Below, in pieces: positions 42,701-50,845 of a stretch of 64,000 nucleotides of DNA (positions are counted from its first letter, which is position 1; every line of letters starts with the position of its first letter). The translations under genes were made by a program, and so were the position numbers. The DNA is taken from positions 1 to 64,000 of IMG/VR virus record IMGVR_UViG_2643221642_000002; one strand, 5' to 3'. The notes under the pieces were generated by a model. The model saw nothing but the letters and a program-made list of their open reading frames with translations, made no database searches and had not been told where the DNA came from. The DNA comes from a virus.

Positions 42701-44311
42701 GCGGTGCCGGGCGGCGTGTCGGCCGCCTATGAAGACCTGCTGAAGTCGGGCTTCCTCAACCTGACCGGCGGGAAAGGCTTCGCGGCCTCGGACGGCAAGG
42801 TGACGCTGAATGGCCAGCAGGTGTCGGCGCGGTCGGAGGACGAGGCCACGGCGCTCGCCAAATACGTTCGGGTCGTGGAGAGCCTGAACGACGCGACCGA
42901 CGCGCAGCTGAAGAAGAAGGCTGACCAGCTTGGCGTATCGGTCAAGTCCCGCGAGGAGCTGAAGCTGGCGGCCGGCGCCATGCTGGCGCAGGAACTAGCG
43001 ACCAGCACGGCCGCGCGCGCTGGCGAACGCTGGAGCGACATACAGGACGAGATCGAGGGCAAGTCCCGCGCGGTGACGAAGGCCGAGAAGGACTTGGCCG
43101 ACATGATCCGGGACGGTCTCCAGCCCAAACAGGCTGACGTCGATAAGTACAAGGCCTGGATCGCCGCCAAGGAAAAGGCCGCGAAGCTGGCCGAGCAGCT
43201 GCAGCTGGCCCAGCCGGTGGTGCAGCGCGGGTTCGAGAACGCGCTGGCCGGCACGGTGAAGCCGACGGACTCGCGCGGCGTCGTCGATCAGGTGGCCGCC
43301 GTGCGCCAGGTGGAGGACGCGAAGGCTGCCGTCCTGCTGGACGCGCAGCGCGCTGTCGACGAGGAGATCGAACGTCGGCGCAAGACCGGGCAGGTCAACG
43401 AAGTCGAGCTGCAGCGCCAGCGGGCCGACATGCTGGCCGGCTACCAGGTGGCCGCGGAGATCGAAGCCCAGGACAAGATCGTCGAGATCAAGCGCCAGGC
43501 GCTCCAGGAAAGCGCTCAGGCGGCGGAGCAGCAGGCCCAGGAATCGGCCGACGCGATCGTCGGCGCGCTGAAGGATGTCACCTTTGGTGGTGATCTCGCC
43601 GATGTCGGCAAGCGGCTAGGGATGGACCTGCTGTCGGCGATCTATGACGAGCTGCTGGGAAATCCGCTCCGCTTGCTGATCAAGAACGCGATCCACGACC
43701 TCATGTCCTCCCCCGCCGCCGGGAGCGGTGGTGGGCTCTGGAAGCGGCTGCTGAACGTGGGGATCTCGGCGGCGAAGAGCTTCGGCCCCGCCGGAGCGAC
43801 GCCGGGGGTCAGCATCGGCCCGGGGACTTCGCTAGCCGCCGACGGCCGCATCCCTGGCTTCGCGGACGGCCGCATGGACGGGCCGATCTTCCGGGGGCGC
43901 GGTGGTCCGCGGGGCGACGACAACGTGGTGCGGATCAGCGATGAGGAGGCGATCATCAACGCCAAGTCGACGCGGATCTATTCGCGGATCCTGCGCGAGA
44001 TCAACGAGGGGACCTATAACCCCTATCCGAACATGCGCTACCTGGACGCGCCGGGCCACGCCAGCGGCTACATGCCGACCTCGGCGCCGATGTCGCACAT
44101 GCCGGCCACGTCGGTCACGCGGCGCGAAGGCGACGTGATCCTGAACAACAACACCGGCCAGGCCATGACGGCGACCCGGAACACCGACCGGGACGGCAAC
44201 ACCCACATCGACCTGCGACCGCTGGCCGACCAGATGGCCGGCAGCGCCGGGCGCTCTGGCGCCCTGCGGCGCGGTCTCGACCAGTCTCCACGTCCGACGA
44301 AGAGGGCCTGA
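39791..44311 (+). CDS. Tail tape measure protein
   Basis: 1506 aa, Ala/coiled-coil rich; conserved lambda-family TMP segment ATVQFSQAIASGVLRGDELRSLLESSPQLLRYVAQNL. Confidence 0.85.
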   Translation: MATRESKIVYSESGTQQTTARVISLTQALDTQTRKQRELVALMPKSTAGIGLVGSVSQSASAKITSLTNTIGPLGAGLGAIARSANPAAQGLLAWASAAEKASTVSRIMNATLNAGVIGSIAAGAVLTAYADDVLRAADSYSTLHARIRTFSDGQIAAAQNERAIYQASKDSRVAVADLTTLYTRLAPAVKDYGRSQQDALTITQLTSKALAIQGADVREQAAATVQFSQAIASGVLRGDELRSLLESSPQLLRYVAQNLEVNGKVGVAFSSLRKLGEAGALTTDKLISALLKAQPAIERDFINAPKTAQQGWIVMKDEITRVIGTLDKTVGGQKAVVDWLGRMSSEAEAWRQKMLLDPHALDGLKQAGDFVGGAVGSIATLGKVAAENFDMIVSAGEAVLALKLGSVISTWFVAAAQASRGAIADLQEFQKTARFQAGAVQQPVLAQAAVAARSGAVAADITATDRAAAADLAKARATGVRSAADKAAAVAEAARRTEAEAQTRAQAALAKVETDVGRDVAAAQRLKGEAAEIRARLEEDAARRSAAAAKSANAAAASGDLSKAGIGTAGTYYARLAQQDAKQAMLLTDEQRAQQLARLREIEVAEGRAAATVAAAEERKAVAVTVAEAEIASARTATVARATAEAEASALVAAAERAETQAKGANVAATNAAAAAATRNAVAQEAEALVSANVTRSMVFQQVAMKTLTGLYNLLGGGIGIATLAIGGLIWAFIEADKAVKAHYSALRDTVDITDRLRAATDSMAAATWAEIPGILAKTKALRDQAAAQEKVIATQLRTKEAELAAVKEQLKSPGTGEAAQGLLNAAARLEREVTALSGIAGGAKVRASAAQDSAYRDGIIAAAKEKADAQSQITRGTDAAGRPLTADRKDQLQSVVDAKTKYLQAQVDKVTADIAIVDAKIKTANAQDRVGLGSLRTQLGKTLADASEGLLSGAPGTPTTVTPKAKKVAVPGGVSAAYEDLLKSGFLNLTGGKGFAASDGKVTLNGQQVSARSEDEATALAKYVRVVESLNDATDAQLKKKADQLGVSVKSREELKLAAGAMLAQELATSTAARAGERWSDIQDEIEGKSRAVTKAEKDLADMIRDGLQPKQADVDKYKAWIAAKEKAAKLAEQLQLAQPVVQRGFENALAGTVKPTDSRGVVDQVAAVRQVEDAKAAVLLDAQRAVDEEIERRRKTGQVNEVELQRQRADMLAGYQVAAEIEAQDKIVEIKRQALQESAQAAEQQAQESADAIVGALKDVTFGGDLADVGKRLGMDLLSAIYDELLGNPLRLLIKNAIHDLMSSPAAGSGGGLWKRLLNVGISAAKSFGPAGATPGVSIGPGTSLAADGRIPGFADGRMDGPIFRGRGGPRGDDNVVRISDEEAIINAKSTRIYSRILREINEGTYNPYPNMRYLDAPGHASGYMPTSAPMSHMPATSVTRREGDVILNNNTGQAMTATRNTDRDGNTHIDLRPLADQMAGSAGRSGALRRGLDQSPRPTKRA

Positions 44312-45198
44312 TGGCCGGCAACGACCTGACGAACGCCAGTTTCCTCGACGGGACCGGCGGCTGGACCGCCGTGGGCGGCACGCTGAGCGTGGACGAGGGC
44401 CAGGCAGGCCGGGGCGGCAAGGGCCGCGCGGTCCTGGTCGCCTCGCGCGTCGCCACGAGCGGCGGCCAGACGGCCGGCGCTCGTAGCACCGGAGTCGCCG
44501 TGACCGCCGGCCAAACGCTGGAAGTGGCGGGCCTCTACGGCTCGACCGGCGCCAGCGTCGAGCTGGCCCTGGCCATCTACTCCGGCGTGACCCTGATCTC
44601 GCGGACTGTCCTGCCCAAGATCCGCAGCGCCGCCGGCGTCTGCCGCCAGGGCGCGCCCGAGCTGCTGAACGCGGCCTATGCCCTGATGGCCGCCCCCCAG
44701 ACCGGCCTGGCCAGCGTCGAGGTGGTGGCGACGTCGGGAGGCGCCGGCGCGTTCGAAGCTTGGCTGAGCAAGCCGTACCTGGACGCCGTCTGGGAAGACC
44801 GGAAGGCCTATGTCTGGGATCCGGGCCTGTTCGCCAATCCAGACCTGTCGGCCATGCGCCGCTGGCCCGCGCACTTCCCGCCGATCCTCCTGGAGGGTTA
44901 CGGCAACCAGAAGACCAAGATCCGCGAGGCATTCAGCGGCGACAGCGACCGCGAGGGCACCCTGCGCAAGGCTGGCCTGCCGGCGATCAACGTCACGGGC
45001 CGCATGCACATGACGTTGGCCCAATACGCCGACCTCGAGGACTTCCACACGGCTTCGGACGACCCGTTCCTGTTCGTGCGTCCGGAGACCGCCCAGCTCT
45101 GCCGGGCAACGTGGCGCGCTGACGGCAACCCCGACGACGAGCCGACGGGCGTGGGCACGGTCTACGGCATGATCGGCCTGCAGCTGGTGGTGCTGTAG
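44311..45198 (+). CDS. Minor tail protein (distal tail candidate)
   Basis: 295 aa directly after the TMP; TGATG coupling. Confidence 0.45.
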   Translation: MAGNDLTNASFLDGTGGWTAVGGTLSVDEGQAGRGGKGRAVLVASRVATSGGQTAGARSTGVAVTAGQTLEVAGLYGSTGASVELALAIYSGVTLISRTVLPKIRSAAGVCRQGAPELLNAAYALMAAPQTGLASVEVVATSGGAGAFEAWLSKPYLDAVWEDRKAYVWDPGLFANPDLSAMRRWPAHFPPILLEGYGNQKTKIREAFSGDSDREGTLRKAGLPAINVTGRMHMTLAQYADLEDFHTASDDPFLFVRPETAQLCRATWRADGNPDDEPTGVGTVYGMIGLQLVVL

Positions 45199-45666
45199 AT
45201 GGCGCTGACCGGAGACATGATCCGGGACCTCTATGCCGAGCAGGCCAAGCCCGGCGCGGTCCTGGTGCGCATCGAAGCCGAGGGGCTGCCCGAGCCGTTC
45301 CTGGCCACCAACTGGCCTGACGGTCTGCAGGCGGGCGACGACTTCTACCCTTACGTGCCGTTCAAGATGGACTGGCCGGGGAGCGGAGAGGGCGAGCCCA
45401 GCCGCGAGGCGAAGCTGGAGATCCACGCCAGCGGCGAGGCCGTCGAGCAGATCCGCCTGGCGACGGGCGGCCAGCCGATGGCGCAGATCGCCCGCGTCCG
45501 GACGGCGGCGCCCGACCATATCGAACGCGCCCTGAAGAACGCGATCATCAAGAGCGCCGAGGTGTCGGGCGGGACGATCAAGATCCCGATCACCGGCCGG
45601 GACTACGAGACCGAGCCGGCCGTGGCCGCCCGCTACACCATCAGCCGCACGCCAGGACTGTTCTGA
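45199..45666 (+). CDS. Minor tail protein (DUF1833-like)
   Basis: 155 aa; position and composition consistent with DUF1833 tail proteins. Confidence 0.4.
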   Translation: MALTGDMIRDLYAEQAKPGAVLVRIEAEGLPEPFLATNWPDGLQAGDDFYPYVPFKMDWPGSGEGEPSREAKLEIHASGEAVEQIRLATGGQPMAQIARVRTAAPDHIERALKNAIIKSAEVSGGTIKIPITGRDYETEPAVAARYTISRTPGLF

Positions 45667-45670
45667 TCTC

Positions 45671-46090
45671 ATGACCGAGGAAGACCGCGCCCTGCTGGCC
45701 AAGGCCGCGGGATACCTGGTCGTGCCCTATCGGCTGCACGGGGCGGGCGTAGGGGGCTGGGACTGCCTCGGCATGGTGCGGACCCTACGCCACGAGCTTT
45801 TCGGCCTCTCCACGCCCTACGGCGTCGGCTTCTACAGCCGCCAGGACGCCGACGACTACGAGCGCCGCGGGGCGCTGTTCGACGACGGCGTGAAGGCCTG
45901 GGCCCGGTGCGAGCCCGTACCCGGCGCGGTGGCGCTGTTCAACATTCTGGGCCGACCGGCCCACGTGGGTCTGCTGCTGACGCGGCGGATCTTCATCCAC
46001 GCCCGGGACGAGTCGACCGGGACGGTTATCGAAGACATGGCCGGGTCATGGGCCCGGCGGCTTGTGGGGTATTTCGATGCGGGTCGTTGA
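45671..46090 (+). CDS. Phage NlpC/P60-family cell-wall peptidase (gpK-like tail protein)
   Basis: Cys in GGWDCLGMV and His in RPAHVGLLL; 139 aa, just upstream of the host-specificity gene, as in lambda K/J and GTA g13. Confidence 0.7.
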   Translation: MTEEDRALLAKAAGYLVVPYRLHGAGVGGWDCLGMVRTLRHELFGLSTPYGVGFYSRQDADDYERRGALFDDGVKAWARCEPVPGAVALFNILGRPAHVGLLLTRRIFIHARDESTGTVIEDMAGSWARRLVGYFDAGR

Positions 46091-49000
46091 GCGGTGCGAC
46101 ACGGCGGTCGGGCTGTTCATCGCCCGAGATCCGTCCGCGCCAGACCTGCGCTCGGTCGAGATCAAAGCCGGCGCCGATATCGCCGAGCTGATCGCCCATG
46201 CGGTGAACATCGGCGCGCTCGAGGCCGACGACCTGCCGGATCTGCGCGTCTATGTCGACGGCGAGGCGATCTCGTTCTCGAACTACGAGGAGCGGGCGGA
46301 GTCGCTGGACCTGGTCCCGCCGGCCGGCTCGCTGGTCAACCTGCAGGTCGAGCCCACGGGCGGGTCCAACAGCAGCGCCCGCCTGGCGCTGACCATCGTC
46401 CTGAGCGCGGTGGCGATCGTCTCGGCCTTCACCGTCGGCGCGTTCACCGCGGCGCTGTGGCAGCTGGGCGCGGCGATCGTCCCGCAGCTGATCTTCCCGA
46501 TCCAGACGCCGGACCGCCTGGCAGGGCCGAACGACCAGGGCGGGCTCAACAGCGCCAGCAACACGATCCGCCGGCGCGGGCAGATGCCACTGATGCTGGG
46601 CGAGGGCCGCGTGACGCTGGACGTCGCGGCCCAGGCCTACAGCGTCAACCTCAACGGCGAGACCTGGCTGCACGTGATCATGGCGGGCCACTACGGCGCC
46701 TGCGACATGGCCGACGTGAAGATCGGCGAAACGCTGCTCGCCGACTATCCGGCCTCGGACATCCAGGTCGAGTACAAGCTGACCCCGGGCCCGCGCGAGT
46801 TCTCCTTCTACAACCAGTCGGTCAACCAGGAGAACCTGCAGGACGAGCTGGACCTGGGCGGTCCGGCCGAGGTCCACACCACGGCCGAACAGTGTGAGCG
46901 GGTCGAGATCGACCTGACCTGGCCGCAAGGCCTGCAGTTTCGCAAGGCCAACGGGTCCATCGTCCAGCAAGAGACGCGGGTCCTCGTCGAGTGGGCCCCG
47001 GTAGGGTCGGAGAGCTACACGCCCGCTCCCCTCGAGGGCGGCCCTTACTATGCTCGCTTGGGCGGCGTCCTGCCGGCGGGCACGATCGACGTCATAGCGC
47101 GGACCCAGGACCCGGTCCGCCGGACCCTGGCCTGGAACAAGGCCAACGCCGACCAGATCAAGATCCGGATCAGCGCCTGGGACCCGGACGGTGACGACGC
47201 CACCATGGCGACCCAGGCCACCTATTGGACGGCGTTGCGGTCGATCGTGAAGAAACCGCCGATCGTCGACCAGAACCTGGCCTGCATCGCGCTGCGCATC
47301 AAATCCTCGGACGACCTGGGCGGCACCCTGCCGACCGTGACCGCCAAGATCACGCCGCACGCGCCGGTCTACGACGCTGACACCCAGACCTGGGACGACG
47401 CGGTGGAGAACTGGGCGCCGACCGGCAACCCGGTCGCCCATGTCCGCATGCTGCTGCTCGGGCCCGGCGCCGCTAAGGCGGCCGATCCGGACGAGTGGGG
47501 CCCCGACTTCGGCGAGATGTACGAGTTGGTCGAGGAGCGCGGCTGGAAGGGCGGCTACATCCTGGCCACCGAGGCCTCGCAGAAGGACGCGCTGAAGATC
47601 CTGGGCGCCATAGGCCGGTTCTCGGCCTACGACGCGGGCGAGGGCCTGGTGCTGGTCCCCGACTGGGAAAAGCCGGTCGCACGTCAGCTGTTTGTCGGCC
47701 GCAACGTCCAGGACTTCACCTATACGCGGGACTTCAAGCAGGCCTGCCATGCGGTGGTCGTCGAATTCCAGAACATCGACGAGGGCGGCAAGCAGGACGA
47801 GGTCACGGTCTACAACACCGGCTTCACCGCCGAGACGGCGACCCTGCTGGAGACGATCCGGTTCGACTGGCAGATGACCGGCGAACGCGCCATCAAGGAA
47901 GGCTTCGTCTTCCTGGCCAAGCGTAACGTGCAGGTCGAAGCGTTCGAGTGGACCGCCGGCCCCAGCGCCATCGCCTCGTCCTACGGCGCGCGTGTTCACG
48001 TCCGCCACTACACCAGCCTGTACGGCGCGGGCGAGGGCAGGGTGCTGTTCTGCCATCGCGCCGGCGGCCTGGTCACGGGCGTGCGCCTCGACGACGAAGT
48101 CGAGATGGAAGAGGGGCTGAACTACGCCCTCGACGTCCAGCGCTACGACAAGCTGCTGAGCGGGATCATTCTGATCACAGCCCCCGGCCGCACGCGCGAC
48201 CTTATGTTCCCGTCGCCCTTGCCGGTCGAGGACGCGCCGATGGCCGGCGACCTCGTCGCTTTCGGCAAGGTCGACGTAGTCACCGAGGACGTCGAGATCA
48301 TCGACTTCGCCCCGTCGGGCGACCAGGTGCGAATCTCCGCCCGCAAGTACATCGGCCCGCTGTTGGTGGCGGCCGAGACTGGCGAGATCCCGGAGTTCAC
48401 GACCAAGCTGACGCCGTCGGTCAAGGCGCCGAAGCCTCGGCTGATCGCGATCAACCAGGCCAACCCGGACGGGGTGAAGATCGCCTTCGACGTCGACGAG
48501 GTGCGCGGCGGCCTGATCGAAAGCTTCCCGATCCGCTGGCGGCGGTCGTCGACCAGCTCGGACGAAAATCCGTGGCAGGTGACGACGCCGGCGGCCGCCA
48601 ACGCCCGCTTGGCTGTCACGCCGCCGTTCCCGGAAGCGGTGTCGGCCGGCCAGGACCCTGAAGCGGCCTACAAGGTCGACGTCGAGATCCGCACCAAGCT
48701 GCGCAACGGTGACGTCTCAAAGCCGTTGATCGTAGCCAACATCCAGGTCTCGCGCCTGGTGAACGCGCCCGGGCACTTCACCGCCAACGGCGTCAAGCGC
48801 ACCGGCGCGGACGGCACCTCCTATCCGGCCCTAGCCGTCGCGGCGGACGCCATCGCCTCGGGCCTCGAGCAGGATTTGGTCGTCGAAATTCGTCCAGCCG
48901 GAGGGACTGACGCCGACTGGAAGAGCGCCGGTCAACCGCTGGCCGCGACCAATCCGAAGGGCGACTACGCGGCCGTGACCGGCGGAGCGCACCTGGACGT

Positions 49001-50291
49001 GCGCGCCCAGTGGCGGACCTCGGACAACTGGACCTCCGAGTGGGTCGTCCGGACCAACGTCGAGATCCCTTCTGGCGCCCTGACCGCGACGAATACTCTG
49101 AACATCGGCGAGTTCACGGCCGCTCAGATCAAATTCTACACCGAGCTGACCAATCTGGCCGACGGCAACGCCCGTGACGCCCTGCTGCGCGTCGCCGCGG
49201 CGATGGCCTCGGCGGCGACGCTCTACAACAATCTGCTCGAGCAGATCATGCCCGCCAGCGGCCGCCCGATCGGCGCGACGCTGGACGACCAGGTGCGCAT
49301 CGTCGAGGACAACACCCAGACGATCATCGAACACCACATCGAGATGGTCGCTGGCTTCGATGCGCAGACGGCCGCGCTGCAGATTGAAATGCTGGTTCGC
49401 GCGGCCGCGGATAGCGCGCTGTCGGTCTATCAGATCGACCTCGCGGCGATGGTGGCGGCCAACTACGCCACCCTCACCAGCCAGCTCTCGACCCTGACCA
49501 CCAATCTCAGCTCCACGGCCTCGGCGCTGACGATCTTGACCACCAACTTCAACAACAACGTCACGACCGTCAGCGCCCAACTGACCGCGCTGTCGAACGC
49601 CGACTACACCATGGGGATCAGCATCTCGACGCTGACCTCGACGACCGGCAGCCTGACGTCGTCGGTGAGCATCATCAGCACCACCTTGTCCACGCTCGGC
49701 GGGCAAGTGGGCGCGGCCTTCGGCGTACGGCTGTCCGCCGGCAACAAGATCACGGGCTTCAGGGGGATCAACAACGGGATCGAAGGTGGTTTCATCTTCG
49801 ATGTCGACTACTTCGGGATCGCGACCGGTCTGAGCACGACGTACCCGTTCTTCGTCTCGGGCTCGACCGTCTACATGACCAACGTGGTGATCAGCGGCTC
49901 GCTGCTGGTCCTGGGCTCGGTCGACTTCGCTCAGCTGGCGACGCGAGCCGCGACGCAGACGTCGCGCTCAGAGGCGTCCAGCACGCTAAATGGCACAGGC
50001 AGCCTCCAGACGGTCTTCTCGCACTACGTCCAGATGGACAAGCCCGGAACCGTCGCGGTCGCGGGCGCCATCTCGCAGCACTTTCCCAGCGGCAACCAGA
50101 ACTGGGAATTCCAGCTCTACATCGACGGGGAGCTGAAATACCGAACGTACGGCGCTAACGGCCAGGACTCGATCCCCATCCTCGGGTCCAAGGAGTGCTC
50201 TGACGGCTACCGGTTGGTCGAGCTGCTTTGGAACGCGCACACCAGCGTCAACATCGACTACCGCAACATGACATCGACGGGGACGTGGTGA
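46077..50291 (+). CDS. Host-specificity / central tail fibre protein (gpJ-like)
   Basis: ~1405 aa; position after K-like peptidase; the C-terminal third is Ser/Thr-rich and repetitive (fibre-like). Confidence 0.75.
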   Translation: MRVVERCDTAVGLFIARDPSAPDLRSVEIKAGADIAELIAHAVNIGALEADDLPDLRVYVDGEAISFSNYEERAESLDLVPPAGSLVNLQVEPTGGSNSSARLALTIVLSAVAIVSAFTVGAFTAALWQLGAAIVPQLIFPIQTPDRLAGPNDQGGLNSASNTIRRRGQMPLMLGEGRVTLDVAAQAYSVNLNGETWLHVIMAGHYGACDMADVKIGETLLADYPASDIQVEYKLTPGPREFSFYNQSVNQENLQDELDLGGPAEVHTTAEQCERVEIDLTWPQGLQFRKANGSIVQQETRVLVEWAPVGSESYTPAPLEGGPYYARLGGVLPAGTIDVIARTQDPVRRTLAWNKANADQIKIRISAWDPDGDDATMATQATYWTALRSIVKKPPIVDQNLACIALRIKSSDDLGGTLPTVTAKITPHAPVYDADTQTWDDAVENWAPTGNPVAHVRMLLLGPGAAKAADPDEWGPDFGEMYELVEERGWKGGYILATEASQKDALKILGAIGRFSAYDAGEGLVLVPDWEKPVARQLFVGRNVQDFTYTRDFKQACHAVVVEFQNIDEGGKQDEVTVYNTGFTAETATLLETIRFDWQMTGERAIKEGFVFLAKRNVQVEAFEWTAGPSAIASSYGARVHVRHYTSLYGAGEGRVLFCHRAGGLVTGVRLDDEVEMEEGLNYALDVQRYDKLLSGIILITAPGRTRDLMFPSPLPVEDAPMAGDLVAFGKVDVVTEDVEIIDFAPSGDQVRISARKYIGPLLVAAETGEIPEFTTKLTPSVKAPKPRLIAINQANPDGVKIAFDVDEVRGGLIESFPIRWRRSSTSSDENPWQVTTPAAANARLAVTPPFPEAVSAGQDPEAAYKVDVEIRTKLRNGDVSKPLIVANIQVSRLVNAPGHFTANGVKRTGADGTSYPALAVAADAIASGLEQDLVVEIRPAGGTDADWKSAGQPLAATNPKGDYAAVTGGAHLDVRAQWRTSDNWTSEWVVRTNVEIPSGALTATNTLNIGEFTAAQIKFYTELTNLADGNARDALLRVAAAMASAATLYNNLLEQIMPASGRPIGATLDDQVRIVEDNTQTIIEHHIEMVAGFDAQTAALQIEMLVRAAADSALSVYQIDLAAMVAANYATLTSQLSTLTTNLSSTASALTILTTNFNNNVTTVSAQLTALSNADYTMGISISTLTSTTGSLTSSVSIISTTLSTLGGQVGAAFGVRLSAGNKITGFRGINNGIEGGFIFDVDYFGIATGLSTTYPFFVSGSTVYMTNVVISGSLLVLGSVDFAQLATRAATQTSRSEASSTLNGTGSLQTVFSHYVQMDKPGTVAVAGAISQHFPSGNQNWEFQLYIDGELKYRTYGANGQDSIPILGSKECSDGYRLVELLWNAHTSVNIDYRNMTSTGTW

Positions 50292-50542
50292 TGAAGGAGC
50301 CGATCCCCGCGGTGATCTATGAAGCGCTTCCGAACGATCCGACCAGCGGCCGCATCCTGTGGGCCACCCAGGCCCCGCCGGGAGCGCTGATGCTGGAAAC
50401 GCGGCCATGGATCGCGACCGACCTCTACGACGCGCAGGTCGACCAGACGCACAAGGTTGAGGCCGGCCGTCTCGTCCAGACCCACCAGTGGGTCTTGGAT
50501 GAACAGGGGCGGCGCCTGCGCGTCGAACCTCTCGAACCCTAG
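50291..50542 (+). CDS. Hypothetical protein
   Basis: 83-aa ORF with TGATG coupling. Confidence 0.4.
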   Translation: MKEPIPAVIYEALPNDPTSGRILWATQAPPGALMLETRPWIATDLYDAQVDQTHKVEAGRLVQTHQWVLDEQGRRLRVEPLEP

Positions 50543-50560
50543 TCTTCAAAGGACATCGCT

Positions 50561-50842
50561 ATGACCAAGACCACGACGGCCGCTCCGGCCGGCGATCCCC
50601 TTGACGTGCTCGCCGCGGCCCGGAAGGCCATGGCCCAGGCCGCCTTTCCGACCCTGAAGGCGGTGCTCGAGAAGGCCGAGGACATCCCGGTCGGCAAACT
50701 CACCGACGTATTGGGCATGTTGCTCCCGGCCATGCCGGAGGGGCAGGTGAAGATGGCGCTCACCCTGATGTCGCATCAGATGCCGAGCCTGCCGCAACTG
50801 CTGAAGCAGGGCCTTGCCGAAGCTGAAAAGGCGGACGCTTAA
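50561..50842 (+). CDS. Hypothetical protein
   Basis: 93-aa ORF. Confidence 0.4.
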   Translation: MTKTTTAAPAGDPLDVLAAARKAMAQAAFPTLKAVLEKAEDIPVGKLTDVLGMLLPAMPEGQVKMALTLMSHQMPSLPQLLKQGLAEAEKADA

Positions 50843-50845
50843 GCC